The notes beneath the pieces were generated by a model. It worked only from the letters and a program-made list of their open reading frames with translations, was not told the origin of the DNA and ran no database searches. The position numbers and the translations under genes were made by a program. Positions 23,254 to 35,815 of a DNA stretch of 64,000 nt are shown here, piece after piece (position 1 is the first letter of the stretch; every line of letters begins with the position of its first letter). Source of the stretch: Ascoidea asiatica JCM 7603 (lineage: Eukaryota > Fungi > Ascomycota); assembly GCA_001600695.1 (NCBI GenBank), contig BCKQ01000003.1, forward strand, positions 1,121,062 to 1,185,061. Direction: 5' to 3'.

Positions 23254-24723
23254 ATGTCTAATCATAGGCGTAGTTATTCTGTGGATTTAACTTCAAATCC
23301 ACCAATTCCTAATAGTAATACAAGCAATAATAATCTTAAATTTCCAACTTCTAATGCTTATTCAATACCACCAATCCCTTCTCAAATCCCATATCAATCC
23401 TATCAACAAGTTTCTTCAAATCCATCTCAACAAATGATGAATATTCCATCATCTTATAATAATCAATATAATAATCAATCTAATTTTCAACCTAATTTTC
23501 AATCTCAATACTCAAATCCAATTCCTCAAAATCAATCAAATCTTCCATACCCTCCTGTTCAAGGTCCATCTTATTTGAATTTCAGACCAAATACAAATTC
23601 TCAAATTCCTCCTCCAATATATGAAGAATCTGATTCAAATTCAACAACTCCATTACCTCCACAAAATATAAATCCAATTCCAGATATAAATCCAGTTTCT
23701 AATCCAACCCCTCATCCAATTTCAAAACCAATTTCCAGACCAATATCAAATCCAAATTTAAATCCTATTACTGATTCAAACCTTAACCCAAATCAAATTC
23801 AATCAGAAACTATTCCAGTTAATCAATCTCAATTATCTTCAAGAATGTCTAATATGTCTGTTGGTGGGAAAAGTACTTCTGTTGATCATCATCATCAACC
23901 TTCTATTATTAATAATGATGATGACGTAATTAAAACTTATGGAAATTTCGATGATGAAAAACTTTCAATTCCTGATGATATTGAAAGTCAAAACTCAAGA
24001 AATCATATACGAAGTTTATTTTATTCAAGAATTATTCAAAAACCAATTGGTAAAACTCCACAATTTGCTCAAAAAACCTTAGGTTTAAGTCAAACCGCTT
24101 TTTCTTTGAATACTGTAATACATTTCTTAGAAGTTGTATTAGCATCAATTATTATTGGTTTATCTTCCAAATCTTTGAACGATGATAATGAAATTAGTGG
24201 AAGAGTTTGGGCATATTTAATTTCTCAATCTTCAATTATTTTGGCAGTTTCACTTTTATTCTTATTTAGAATTATGGATTTTGAACATAATAATGGAATA
24301 TTTTATTGCATTATTAGTAGTTCTTTATCAATTGCTGCAATGGGTGTTTGTATTGGAATTTTAATGCCTGCAGATTGTGGTGTTAAGAATTCATTATGTG
24401 AAATTAGAAGAGCAATAACTGCTCTTGTATGCTTAGCAACATTTACTTGGATCATAAATTTGGTTCAATTTTTAACAATTTTTTATATTTCCAGATTAGA
24501 TAATTTATTACCTTCTGCATTTTCTGAAAACTTTAATCAACCTATAATTCGTCCGTCTGAGCCTATTTCAGTTAGTAAACCTTTTAATTTTGCTAATACT
24601 AGAGGATCTGATGGTGACTCTCAAAATCATGCAATTAAAGATTTTGTTTTAAGAAATGGTTCACTTTATGATGCTTCAAGTGCCAACTTGGATAGAAAAG
24701 TTAAGATTGAACTTTATGCTTGA
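23254..24723 (+). CDS. MARVEL-like four-TM membrane protein, paralog B, with Pro/Gln-rich N-terminus and PPxY motif
   Basis: Same four-TM core (WAYLISQSSII, CGVKNSLC, TIFYISRLD); PPIY motif; first ATG at 23254. Confidence 0.75.
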   Translation: MSNHRRSYSVDLTSNPPIPNSNTSNNNLKFPTSNAYSIPPIPSQIPYQSYQQVSSNPSQQMMNIPSSYNNQYNNQSNFQPNFQSQYSNPIPQNQSNLPYPPVQGPSYLNFRPNTNSQIPPPIYEESDSNSTTPLPPQNINPIPDINPVSNPTPHPISKPISRPISNPNLNPITDSNLNPNQIQSETIPVNQSQLSSRMSNMSVGGKSTSVDHHHQPSIINNDDDVIKTYGNFDDEKLSIPDDIESQNSRNHIRSLFYSRIIQKPIGKTPQFAQKTLGLSQTAFSLNTVIHFLEVVLASIIIGLSSKSLNDDNEISGRVWAYLISQSSIILAVSLLFLFRIMDFEHNNGIFYCIISSSLSIAAMGVCIGILMPADCGVKNSLCEIRRAITALVCLATFTWIINLVQFLTIFYISRLDNLLPSAFSENFNQPIIRPSEPISVSKPFNFANTRGSDGDSQNHAIKDFVLRNGSLYDASSANLDRKVKIELYA

Positions 24724-25356
24724 GGTTCATTTCAAAACTAATTGAAATAAAGAAAAGTTAGTTAGGTATTAGAAAAAAAAAAAAAAACTAGAAAAGCTCG
24801 GCATCTTTATATTATCTGGTTTTGAGAAATAGACATGAAGTTTATTAGAGGTTTATTTGGTTTTTTAGGTAGGTTTATTAGATATGATTTGATTTGTATT
24901 TATTTTAAATTAATGAATTCAGTAACGTTATTAATTTGTTTATATTATGTGTTTATAAACTATAGGAAGGAGGTGGTTTCTTATTTTTATTTCTATTTTT
25001 TATATATATTTTTTCTCTTCTTTTATGTCATAATAGTTTTCATTAAATCAAATCATTACTTATAAACTCATTCGAATATTTTTCAGTTAATTGTTGTGAT
25101 TTTTATTTCATCAATCTAAAAAGTAAAATAAATTAATTTGCTTTAATTGAGTTCTACTTATTTTAGAGTAAGTAATGTTGACTTGACTAGGGTAACGGTA
25201 AACACCATTCAAAAAGTTTAGACATCTTTTTCAATTTTCAAATAGCACGGTAAAATTATGAGCTTTTAAAATCCATTAAAAATAGAATCAATAAGCAATG
25301 CTTTGACAAAATAATTTTACTTCATGAAACAATCTTTCATCAAATAGTTCATTGGT

Positions 25357-28356
25357 ATGTCTTCAGAAGATTCTGTTTTTATTTCTCAAATTGATTATAC
25401 AATAAATCAATTAGCAAAAAGGCCTGGTTTGGTTTCTTTTGAAAATATATCAAGAATCGCAGAATTATATGGGTTATTTGCGATACCTGATGACTCTCAT
25501 GCTGATTTTGATAGATTAACTTTAGGTGGTCCATTATTATTAATTGATATTGATTTTGATAAATCTTTAAAAAAAGTTCTTAATGTTTCATTATCTTTGG
25601 TTTCTGATAATGATGATCAAGATGTGGAAATGAATTCAGATACTGATTTAAAAAATGTAAATAGCTCAAATGATAAACAAATAATTATTGATAAAATCAG
25701 AAAAAATTTCGAACTTTTAAAGAAAAAAGTATCATTTGCAAATAAATCTCTGGAAAGGTCTGCAAATATAATTTTGTTAAACTCTCTAACTTCTTCACAT
25801 ATACAAACCAAGTGCAGAAAAAGTCATGAAACTTTTGTTGAAAATCCTATAAGATATGATGTATTGAAACTTAATAATTTTGCTCAAAATCTTAAATACT
25901 TATCTACTTTAGATAAACTTTCAGTATCAAAGGCAATTGATGATAATGGAACTTCAGTTTCTGATTCATATGTGGACTTATTCAATTATATGAATGAATT
26001 AGAAATGCTAATATTTATAATAAATAAGAATGAATATAATTTACTATTAAATCAACAAAGACTTCTATTCAACAGACCTAATTATACTACTCCTAATGAT
26101 AGACTTGGTCAAAGCAATCAAAAATTATTCGACATGATGAATGGTTACTTAAAATTGGGAAAATTAGAAAATAATGTCAATAATAAAGTGGGTATATTCA
26201 TGAAATATTGGGAAGATAATAAGTTTGTTAATCGAAGAATTTTTAGAAATGAAAAGGACTCTAAAGAGCAAAAGCTCAAAAACATCCGAAAAAACAACAA
26301 AGATGCGGATAATGACACTGTAATGTCTGATGTTAATGAATCAGAATCAAATAAAAGTAGTTCAAATACTGGTAAATTCAATATTCTTAAAGAACCAGAT
26401 AATGCAATAAATGATTTATTTGGTCTTCAATATAATTTAAAATTCCATAAAGATATAAAATACATTCAATTTTCTATAAAATCTCATGAAAATAATGCTT
26501 TACTTCCATTAACGAAAATTCTTTCATCTCCTTACTCTTCTAATCTTATCAACTCATTTTCCATACTACAGTCAAAACTTATGAAACAACCTTCAAATTT
26601 GAACACGAAAATCGATTTTATAGATATCAAGTTACTTGATCATTTTATTACCCCTTGTAATCATGAAAAACTAAAAGCGTGTTTAAGTTTGAATTTCTTT
26701 CCCAATATATGGATTCCTATTGATTTAATTCCTAATTATTTTGAAAATCATAATCAAAGTTATAAAATCTCAATTGTTTTTGAAAAATCAAAAGATGAAA
26801 ATGAAACTGAATTTCAAGATAACGAAGATTTTCAGGCGTTAGATGATCTGATTAGAAAATCAAGGAAAAGGAATAACACTGATGAAATATTTATTTCCAA
26901 TTATAATGATTTGATAACTAGCGAAGAAGATAAAAAGGAGAACTCAAACAAACCTGGGAATGGAGAAAAGCCTAATGCTGATTCAATTTTTCGTGATTTT
27001 GGTTGTAAAGATGAGAAAAATTATTTTGTCCAACTTCCAAATCCTTCTTATGGCAATGACTTTATAACAGATTCGATAAATAATTCCGCGTTAATTGAAG
27101 AAGAGGAAGAAGATGATGATGAACAAAAAGAAAAAAAAAATAATGATGATGATAATATAAGTTTACTAACTAATAATAATTCTATAATAATGCCAATAAA
27201 GTCTAAAACCATAAATGCTCGATGCAATTATAATTATGGCTTATCTTCAAAATTTCAAAAGCTTAAATCTATGGATATTATATTTGAAGATATTGAATCA
27301 GATAAAAAATCAGCAAGTCCACCAAATGAAGAAATTAGTAATAGTAAAATAGACGATTTTCTAAGAAATTTTGAAAGTTTTTTGATTGATTTAAGGTCTT
27401 GGTGGTTTATGGAAAATCTTATTAAGAGTGTTATTGAAAAATCTTTATTTTCAATGGAAGATAAAACTCAATATTCAACTGATCTAAAAGAATTTATAGG
27501 AAAGGAACATCTGATATCAAAAAGAAGATCCATAGATGAATTAAATGGAGGTAAATTTTCAAATAAAGATAGAAGATTTAGTATTGGAAGTAATTCAAAA
27601 TTAGATTTTTCTTCAAGACCTAGATCATCTTCTTTTTCGAATACACCCATAAGTGTTGGAAAAACAAATTATGATAACAAAAATATAGATTTGGATGGCA
27701 CCTTTGATACATATTCTGAAGAAGGTAAAGGTAATTCTTTAAATGGTGATTTTGAAAATTTAAATGATATAATGAGATCTAGTAGTTCTAGTTTTCATAT
27801 AGGTGGTAATAGAAAAAGAAGAAATTCATTAGTTAAATTGAAAAAAGTTTTAAATTCTACACATTTACATCATGAAAATTTAAAATATCTTTATAATAAT
27901 TTTTTTATAAAATTTTCGATTCTTGATTCATCAATTGATGAATTATATGAAGGATTAAATCCTTTAAGTTCAGGAGAATTAACAATAGATGGAAAATTAT
28001 ATGAATTTAATATAAAAACAAATTTAAATTTATTTGCAGATAAAATTATGAATTCAAGAAATATTATTGGAAATTTAAATAATTTATCAAAAGAAATAAA
28101 TCAAATTAGATTATTTATAAATAATGGAAAAGTTGTTAAATTTGAAGTATTTGAAGGAAATGAGAAATTTTTTAGTGATAGTGGATTAATTAAAAAAATT
28201 GGAATAATTGGTATAAATAATAAAGTTGGATGTGGAATCGGAAATATTAATTTAAATCGAAAAATAGGGAATAAAAAAATTATTAAAATAATGGAAGCAG
28301 TAAATAATACTGAAAGTTTATATTTTATATTAGAGTGGTTACTTAATAATGAATAA
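25357..28356 (+). CDS. MED1: Mediator subunit Med1 (expanded)
   Basis: N-terminal RPGLVSFENI..IAE.YGL, RLTLGG.LLLIDIDF and L..FAQNLKYL..LDKLS...DLF, as in fungal Med1. Confidence 0.75.
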   Translation: MSSEDSVFISQIDYTINQLAKRPGLVSFENISRIAELYGLFAIPDDSHADFDRLTLGGPLLLIDIDFDKSLKKVLNVSLSLVSDNDDQDVEMNSDTDLKNVNSSNDKQIIIDKIRKNFELLKKKVSFANKSLERSANIILLNSLTSSHIQTKCRKSHETFVENPIRYDVLKLNNFAQNLKYLSTLDKLSVSKAIDDNGTSVSDSYVDLFNYMNELEMLIFIINKNEYNLLLNQQRLLFNRPNYTTPNDRLGQSNQKLFDMMNGYLKLGKLENNVNNKVGIFMKYWEDNKFVNRRIFRNEKDSKEQKLKNIRKNNKDADNDTVMSDVNESESNKSSSNTGKFNILKEPDNAINDLFGLQYNLKFHKDIKYIQFSIKSHENNALLPLTKILSSPYSSNLINSFSILQSKLMKQPSNLNTKIDFIDIKLLDHFITPCNHEKLKACLSLNFFPNIWIPIDLIPNYFENHNQSYKISIVFEKSKDENETEFQDNEDFQALDDLIRKSRKRNNTDEIFISNYNDLITSEEDKKENSNKPGNGEKPNADSIFRDFGCKDEKNYFVQLPNPSYGNDFITDSINNSALIEEEEEDDDEQKEKKNNDDDNISLLTNNNSIIMPIKSKTINARCNYNYGLSSKFQKLKSMDIIFEDIESDKKSASPPNEEISNSKIDDFLRNFESFLIDLRSWWFMENLIKSVIEKSLFSMEDKTQYSTDLKEFIGKEHLISKRRSIDELNGGKFSNKDRRFSIGSNSKLDFSSRPRSSSFSNTPISVGKTNYDNKNIDLDGTFDTYSEEGKGNSLNGDFENLNDIMRSSSSSFHIGGNRKRRNSLVKLKKVLNSTHLHHENLKYLYNNFFIKFSILDSSIDELYEGLNPLSSGELTIDGKLYEFNIKTNLNLFADKIMNSRNIIGNLNNLSKEINQIRLFINNGKVVKFEVFEGNEKFFSDSGLIKKIGIIGINNKVGCGIGNINLNRKIGNKKIIKIMEAVNNTESLYFILEWLLNNE

Positions 28357-28481
28357 GTATAATTATATATATATATATTATTATATATTATTATATATTA
28401 TTATTGAGTTTATATACAGCAAAGTTTTGAAAGCAAAAAAAAAAAAAAATTTAATGCAATGAAATGGAATTAGGATATGTA

Positions 28482-29519
<1,038 letters not shown>

Positions 29520-29648
29520 TTAAAATAATTGAATTGGATTAGCTACTTACTTACTTTATTACTTCAATTCACTGAATTGAATTGAATTGAATTGAATTGA
29601 ATTGAATTAATTTCGATCCTTAATTTCAATTTCTAAATTTTAAACGAG

Positions 29649-29656
29649 CCGGGTAA
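29649..29656. promoter_or_regulatory. Reb1-type site upstream of COQ5
   Basis: CCGGGTAA ~210 bp upstream of the ATG, isolated in AT-rich DNA. Confidence 0.55.
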
Positions 29657-31688
29657 GTAAATGAAAACTAGAACCATAAAAGTGGATTCAAATTTAGAAT
29701 TAGATTTAATTTTAATATTAATTTTGATTTTACATTTCATTTGATATTAAAAATAACTTTTTTACTTGATTAACAATAATTTGTTGTTGATGATGATAAA
29801 CAATAAATTGTCCATAAATAAATTGATTAGAGCAAAAAAAAATAACAAAAACAACAAAAATAACAATGGGGGTAAAAAAATAAAGTGATCAAATTAGCTT
29901 AATGATTGTCGTATTAGTACAATTTGTTCAATCAATAATATGAAACAAGAAGTAAATAATATTGAAAAAAAAAGTATCCGAGTTTATTTTTACAAAAAGA
30001 AGCATATCTGAACAATTGTTTGAATATAAATATTATTTAAACATGTTTATAATTCTATATTACTAGTGGTAAGCACATTAGTATTTCAAATATATTTATT
30101 ACTTATCAGTTGGTTATTGTTACCCAAAATTAAATGATTTTTTCATTTATTAAGAATTTCAAATAATATATTTAAATACACCGAATCATTTACTTCTCAA
30201 TTTGAATACTTTTTTTTGCATTCTAGAAGATTTAAAAGAGGTAAAAGTATTATCCCAAGTATTTTATTTGTGTTTATGTCTTTGTCTTTGCTTTCATAGA
30301 ATGGTTTGCTTTATTGTTTTCATATTTTGATTATTATTTTACTTGTACTAAAACAACAAACAAGTTCGAAAATTATAATAAAGAACAATATATTATTACT
30401 ACTTACTTAACTATCCATTGTATTCTAAACCATTGATTGGCTATTAAAAGACTTTGTGGTTAATTTTCTTATATTCGTTGCAAACTGACCCATAAATTAT
30501 TTTCGGGAATAGGTACGGGTCAGTTTCAAAGAAGTGCGGAACTTTTTTGGAAGGAAGAAATTGCTCGCTTCTTGAGACATGGAACAGTGTACTGTTCCAT
30601 GAACAAATTGTGAATGATTTGGTCTCGGATCTAAATTACAGAAACGCAACGCCGTGGTTGTAGCACATAGAAATTCACTAACCTTGGTAATTATTATGCA
30701 ACACACCACATATTATACCTTGATACACAGACACTGAATTGGACCTGTTAAAAATCAGAATTTTTTAATATTTACGTAGTAACTTAAGCTAAACTCAATT
30801 AAAAAAAGATGTTAGTGAAATACAGTAAGGTGGTAAATATAATTGGTGAAACCACCTGATTGATATTCCATGGTTCCGGATGTGGAAACCGGTGTGTTTT
30901 GTCCAATAGAAAGTCTACATCTTCGAGTCTAATAAGGTTATTTGTTGTTAGTGCACTCAAAATAATGTACCGCTTTTGTTTACTTTGAAAAGAGCACAGT
31001 GCATAGAATACATATTTAAACTTTGAACTTGCTGCGGTGTGCGTGTAGATTTTCAAAGTAAGCATGTTCGAGTACTTTATTTCATTGTAAAAAGCGTGTC
31101 GGCCAATATATGGTGATCATTAGGAATTGGGGTGTCGACCTTGAAATTCTGTGCAATTAAAAAATGCAAAATGGAGAGGTCAATCTCTAGAACACTAGAA
31201 CAAATAAAAAAAGTGGCAATACTTTTACTAGCACTAGTTCTACCAGCAGGGAACCAGCGAGCGACTGGCGCTCATATAAATAAGTAACCACGAGAGTAAA
31301 AGGAAGAAAAACAAAAGTGAAAGAAAAAGTAAAAGCAAAAAGAAATGGAGAAACAACCAATTCATTGAAATGAATATGGATAATGCATCCCTTAATGATT
31401 AAAAAGGGTTCCAGTTATTTTTAGCATCAAATCGTTTGGCGTTCACCAATTTCTCCCACTTATAGAATTATTGTGCCATTAACGCTACGCCCAAGTTGTT
31501 TGTAAAATCGATACAAACAAGAAGACCTATGCAAAGAGAAATCTATGATTTTTGTACAAAATTCAAAACTCAAATAACAAAACAAAAATCATATCACATA
31601 CAATATCCCTTTTTGAGACAGGATTATTCCAGTATCTCAACTTGGGGCTATTGGTTCGTATGTAACTGAGTTTGATTTTCTCCCAGAC

Positions 31689-31712
31689 TGGAGCGGGACA
31701 CTGCCCGCTCCA
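31689..31712. repeat. GC-rich 9-bp inverted repeat (CGG-N8-CCG)
   Basis: TGGAGCGGG-acactg-CCCGCTCCA. Confidence 0.9.
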
Positions 31713-32714
31713 CTTCCGACTCGAGTCTTCCATGGACTGTGTGCGGACCAAGATTAAACTAACATTTTATTATTTGATTGATTGATTGATTGATTTCAAG
31801 AAATTCAAGGTGTGGGTTGAAATTGTTCTGTTTTACAAGCTATTTCCCTGGTACTTCCAGATCAGAATCTAAATCAAAATTACTTGAAAATTCTCAAGTA
31901 TCAAAACATTCATATCGATATTAGTAATAGTTTTCATTATTGGCATTGAAAGTCTTTGGCCAATTTATTTTTTATTTTCATTTATTATTTGTTTATTATT
32001 TATTTAATTATTATTATTTTTTCAATCTTTTCATTATTCTATAAAACAAATTGAATTTCTTCTTTCTTTTCTAACAATCTTTATTCTCATCTTCTCATCT
32101 TCTCATCTTCTCATCTTCTATTCATTTATTCACTGATCAACTCCAGAATCACAGCCCTCACATCTATAAATTTGCCTACAAATCCACTGCCTTAGCCTCA
32201 CTACACCCAGCACTCAGCACTACTATTATTACTATTATTACTACTATTACTACTGTTACTATCTCTATTATTACTTGTACCGCACTGTTTCCTTAACTAA
32301 AACTAAAATTAAAACTAAATCCAAAACTAAAAATCTTAAAGCAAAACTGAAAACTTTACTTTTCTTAGCACTTTCCCACTCTTAACTATTAAATATTAAT
32401 AAAAATCTAGCTTTTGGCTTCTTAAAATCAATCATTATCATAAACTTTTTTTCCCCTAATTGAATTCTGATAAATCATCATAAATTTTAACTTATTCAAT
32501 ATCATTCCTAAAATCATCTAAATTTTATATCATCTAAATTTTATATCATCTAAATTTTATATCATTTTATTTATAAATATATAATTATTGATATATAATA
32601 ATCAACTTCTTTCTTATTTCTTGTTTATTATAAATCAAATCAAATTAAATCAAATCAAATTAAATCAAATCAACCAAAATCATATCATATCATATCATTT
32701 CGTATATTATTCGC

Positions 32715-32729
32715 ATGTTTTCAAATTAG
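32715..32729 (+). promoter_or_regulatory. Candidate uORF (MFSN*) upstream of the velvet gene
   Basis: ATG TTT TCA AAT TAG; the only ATG I found on the + strand between ~31735 and 32992. Confidence 0.45.
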
Positions 32730-32992
32730 CTATTTTTCTATCATTATTATCATAATCACATTCAAAATCATAATCATAATCATAATCATCTCTTAATCTT
32801 AGTTAATTAATAAACAATATAATCATCTTCATAATTATAATAATCATAATAATAATATTTTGATTAATAATCATACTTATAACAATATTCTATATATAAT
32901 CTTTTAATATTCAAATAATACTCAAACATACTCAAATTTATTCATATACAAATATACTTATATAAAAAATACATATAAAAAAAAAAAAAGAA

Positions 32993-35815
32993 ATGACAAA
33001 ATATACTAAAGATAAAGTTAAACCAATAAGATCTGATTTTATTTCTTCAATATCTTCAAATTTTAATCTTGAAGTTATTCAACAACCTGAACAAGCAAGA
33101 GTTTGTGAAAAAACAATAACTGCTGCAAGTAGTAGAAGATTAGTTGATCCTCCTCCAATTGTTAAAGTTTCTTTACTTGATCAAAATAATAATGATATAA
33201 TAACCCAATGTCTTGATGCTTTATTTGTAGTTGCAAGTGTTGAAAGATTATCAGATTCTGATATAAATTTTGACTTAAATTATGATACAAGTAATGAATT
33301 AATTGATGATTTAAATAATAATAATAATAATGATTCAAAAATAATATCTTCTATATCTTCTCCATCTTCAATAAATAATTCTCCGAAAACTATTTCAAAT
33401 AATTCTTTAAAGCCACAAATAGCAAATAAAAGAAAAAGAAAATTAAAAAGAATGAAAGAAATTGAATCAAAAAATTTAACAAGTAGTGATATGTTATGTG
33501 GTACAACTGTTTTAACTGTTCAATATATTAAAGGTGATCCAAATTTACAAGCTTTAGCTGTATTCACTAATTTATCTGTAAAATATGAAGGTAATTATAG
33601 ATTATGTTTTAGTTTATATACTATTCAAACTTTAGCTTTAAATAACTTTAAATTATTAACTTCAACTACAAATTCAAATAATCCTAATGGTGGCTCAAAT
33701 GGTTCAACTACAACAACTTCAGGTGTAATGACAATAAATGTATCTCCAATAACAACTGTTAAATCAAATATTTTTGTTGTTTCAACTGCAAAACATTTCA
33801 AAGGTTTATCATCTTCTCCTGCTTTTCATAAAAAATTAAAATCTTGTGGTGTAAGAATTAGAGTAAGAGGCTCAAAACCAAAAGTAGAAGGTGAAGAATA
33901 TGATGACGATGACGATGAAGAAGAACAAGAAGATCTTGAAGATGATGTACCTGAAGATGAAATTGATAATAATCAAATCAATCAAATTATTAAAAATAAT
34001 CAAAATCAAAATAATAATCAAAAATCAAAAATTTCTATTAATGCTATTAATAAGCATATAAATAATAAAAATTTAGAAAAAAATCGAATAAATGAAAAAA
34101 TTTATACTTCAAATTCTAAAAATGATACAAATATTTCTCCAAAGACAAAATTTATTAATACATCAAATACTGATGCTAAAAATAAAGCTCTATCAAAAAA
34201 TACTTTAACTACAAAAAGTTTAAGAGAAGGTAAACCCAAACCTAATTCAACAGGTGATATTGATCCAATTATTACCTCAACAATTTCTGATTATAATATT
34301 TCAGATCAAATTTCAAATAATAAAAATAACAACAATAGTAATAATATCATTAACTCAGGTTTTGATTCTGAATTATCACCAATAATACCAGAATTATATA
34401 ATTCAGCAAGTCAATCACCTTCAATTTTTTGTTCATCTACTATAACTGCAAATTTTCCAGCCTCTTCTTATTCTCATTCACATTCTAATGAATTAGATCC
34501 TTTTACAGGATCAAATTATACCTCAATGTTAAATTCATATAATCGATTATCAAATGAACAAATTAATTCTTTTACAAATCATTTAAAAAATGTTTCAACT
34601 CCTTCAGTTTTTTCAAATGATCAACTGATAACTGATACCTTTCAACCAATTGAATCATCATTAATTCAATCTCCAAATAGTTCAAGAAATGTTAATAATT
34701 CCTCATCAAATAATAATATATCATCTAATGAACAAGATTTAGAAAAATTAATTTTTGAAAAAGTTAATTTTGGTGAAACTAAAGATTCTAGTCCTGTGAT
34801 ATTTTCTGAAAATTTTGGCTCTAATAATTATGATTTTAATATAAATAATACAAATAGTTATGATAGATTAATTAATAAAGATGAAAATAATGAGCATAAT
34901 GAAAATAATGAAAATAATGAAAATAATGATAATAATGATAATAATGATAATAATGATAATGAAAAAAATATTAATTCGAATTCAGAAATAAAATTACCAA
35001 CAACTCCTTTACAACCAAATCTTGGCTCTCAAATATTATTTAATTCAATAAATTCTTTGCCATTATCAAATTTATTATCAAATATTCCAATATCGTCGGG
35101 AATGGAAGCTCAAAATGATAATAATAATATCAATAATGATAATAGTGGTAAAAATGTGAATAATATTAATAATACTTCATTAGGAATTAGAAGTAATAAT
35201 TATTCCAGTGCATTAAGTACAATATCCCTTTTAAACTATCTTAATAGTATCAATAATTCTTTCAATAACAATTCAAATATGCTCAGCAATATTAATAATC
35301 TTGGTAATATCAATAATCTTGCTAATCTTAGTCATCTTAATAATCCAAATCTCCTCAATAATCTTAATAATCTTAATAATCAGAATAATCTTTTCAATGG
35401 ACAAAATATCAACATAAACACTTTAAACAATTTAAGTAGTTTAAATAACCTAAATAATCAAAATAATTTAAGTAGTTTGGAACTGAATAATTTGAATAGT
35501 TTGAATAATCTAAATAATTTTAATATTTCAAATAATTCAAGTAATTTAAATAATCTCAATAATTTAAATAGTTTAAATGTTTTAAATAACTTGAGTAATT
35601 TAAGTAATTTAAGTAACTTGAACAATTCAATCAATTTAAATAATTTGAGCAATTATGTAAATGGAATTGGAGGAAATGTTAATGGAAATGTTAATGGAAA
35701 TATCTCTTCTACTGTTCCTTCTAGTTCAACTATCAATGCTACACCTACTAGTACTGATGATATAAATATCAATTCAAATTTATACCAATTTTTGTCAAAG
35801 GAACAAGGAATTTAA
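32993..35815 (+). CDS. Velvet-domain protein (VeA/VelB/VelC/VosA family) with Asn/Leu-rich C-terminus
   Basis: LEVIQQPEQARVC...RRLVDPPPIV, FTNLSVKYEGNYRLCFSLY and SNIFVV.TAK.F.G...GVRIRVR are the velvet core motifs in the expected order. Confidence 0.88.
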   Translation: MTKYTKDKVKPIRSDFISSISSNFNLEVIQQPEQARVCEKTITAASSRRLVDPPPIVKVSLLDQNNNDIITQCLDALFVVASVERLSDSDINFDLNYDTSNELIDDLNNNNNNDSKIISSISSPSSINNSPKTISNNSLKPQIANKRKRKLKRMKEIESKNLTSSDMLCGTTVLTVQYIKGDPNLQALAVFTNLSVKYEGNYRLCFSLYTIQTLALNNFKLLTSTTNSNNPNGGSNGSTTTTSGVMTINVSPITTVKSNIFVVSTAKHFKGLSSSPAFHKKLKSCGVRIRVRGSKPKVEGEEYDDDDDEEEQEDLEDDVPEDEIDNNQINQIIKNNQNQNNNQKSKISINAINKHINNKNLEKNRINEKIYTSNSKNDTNISPKTKFINTSNTDAKNKALSKNTLTTKSLREGKPKPNSTGDIDPIITSTISDYNISDQISNNKNNNNSNNIINSGFDSELSPIIPELYNSASQSPSIFCSSTITANFPASSYSHSHSNELDPFTGSNYTSMLNSYNRLSNEQINSFTNHLKNVSTPSVFSNDQLITDTFQPIESSLIQSPNSSRNVNNSSSNNNISSNEQDLEKLIFEKVNFGETKDSSPVIFSENFGSNNYDFNINNTNSYDRLINKDENNEHNENNENNENNDNNDNNDNNDNEKNINSNSEIKLPTTPLQPNLGSQILFNSINSLPLSNLLSNIPISSGMEAQNDNNNINNDNSGKNVNNINNTSLGIRSNNYSSALSTISLLNYLNSINNSFNNNSNMLSNINNLGNINNLANLSHLNNPNLLNNLNNLNNQNNLFNGQNININTLNNLSSLNNLNNQNNLSSLELNNLNSLNNLNNFNISNNSSNLNNLNNLNSLNVLNNLSNLSNLSNLNNSINLNNLSNYVNGIGGNVNGNVNGNISSTVPSSSTINATPTSTDDININSNLYQFLSKEQGI

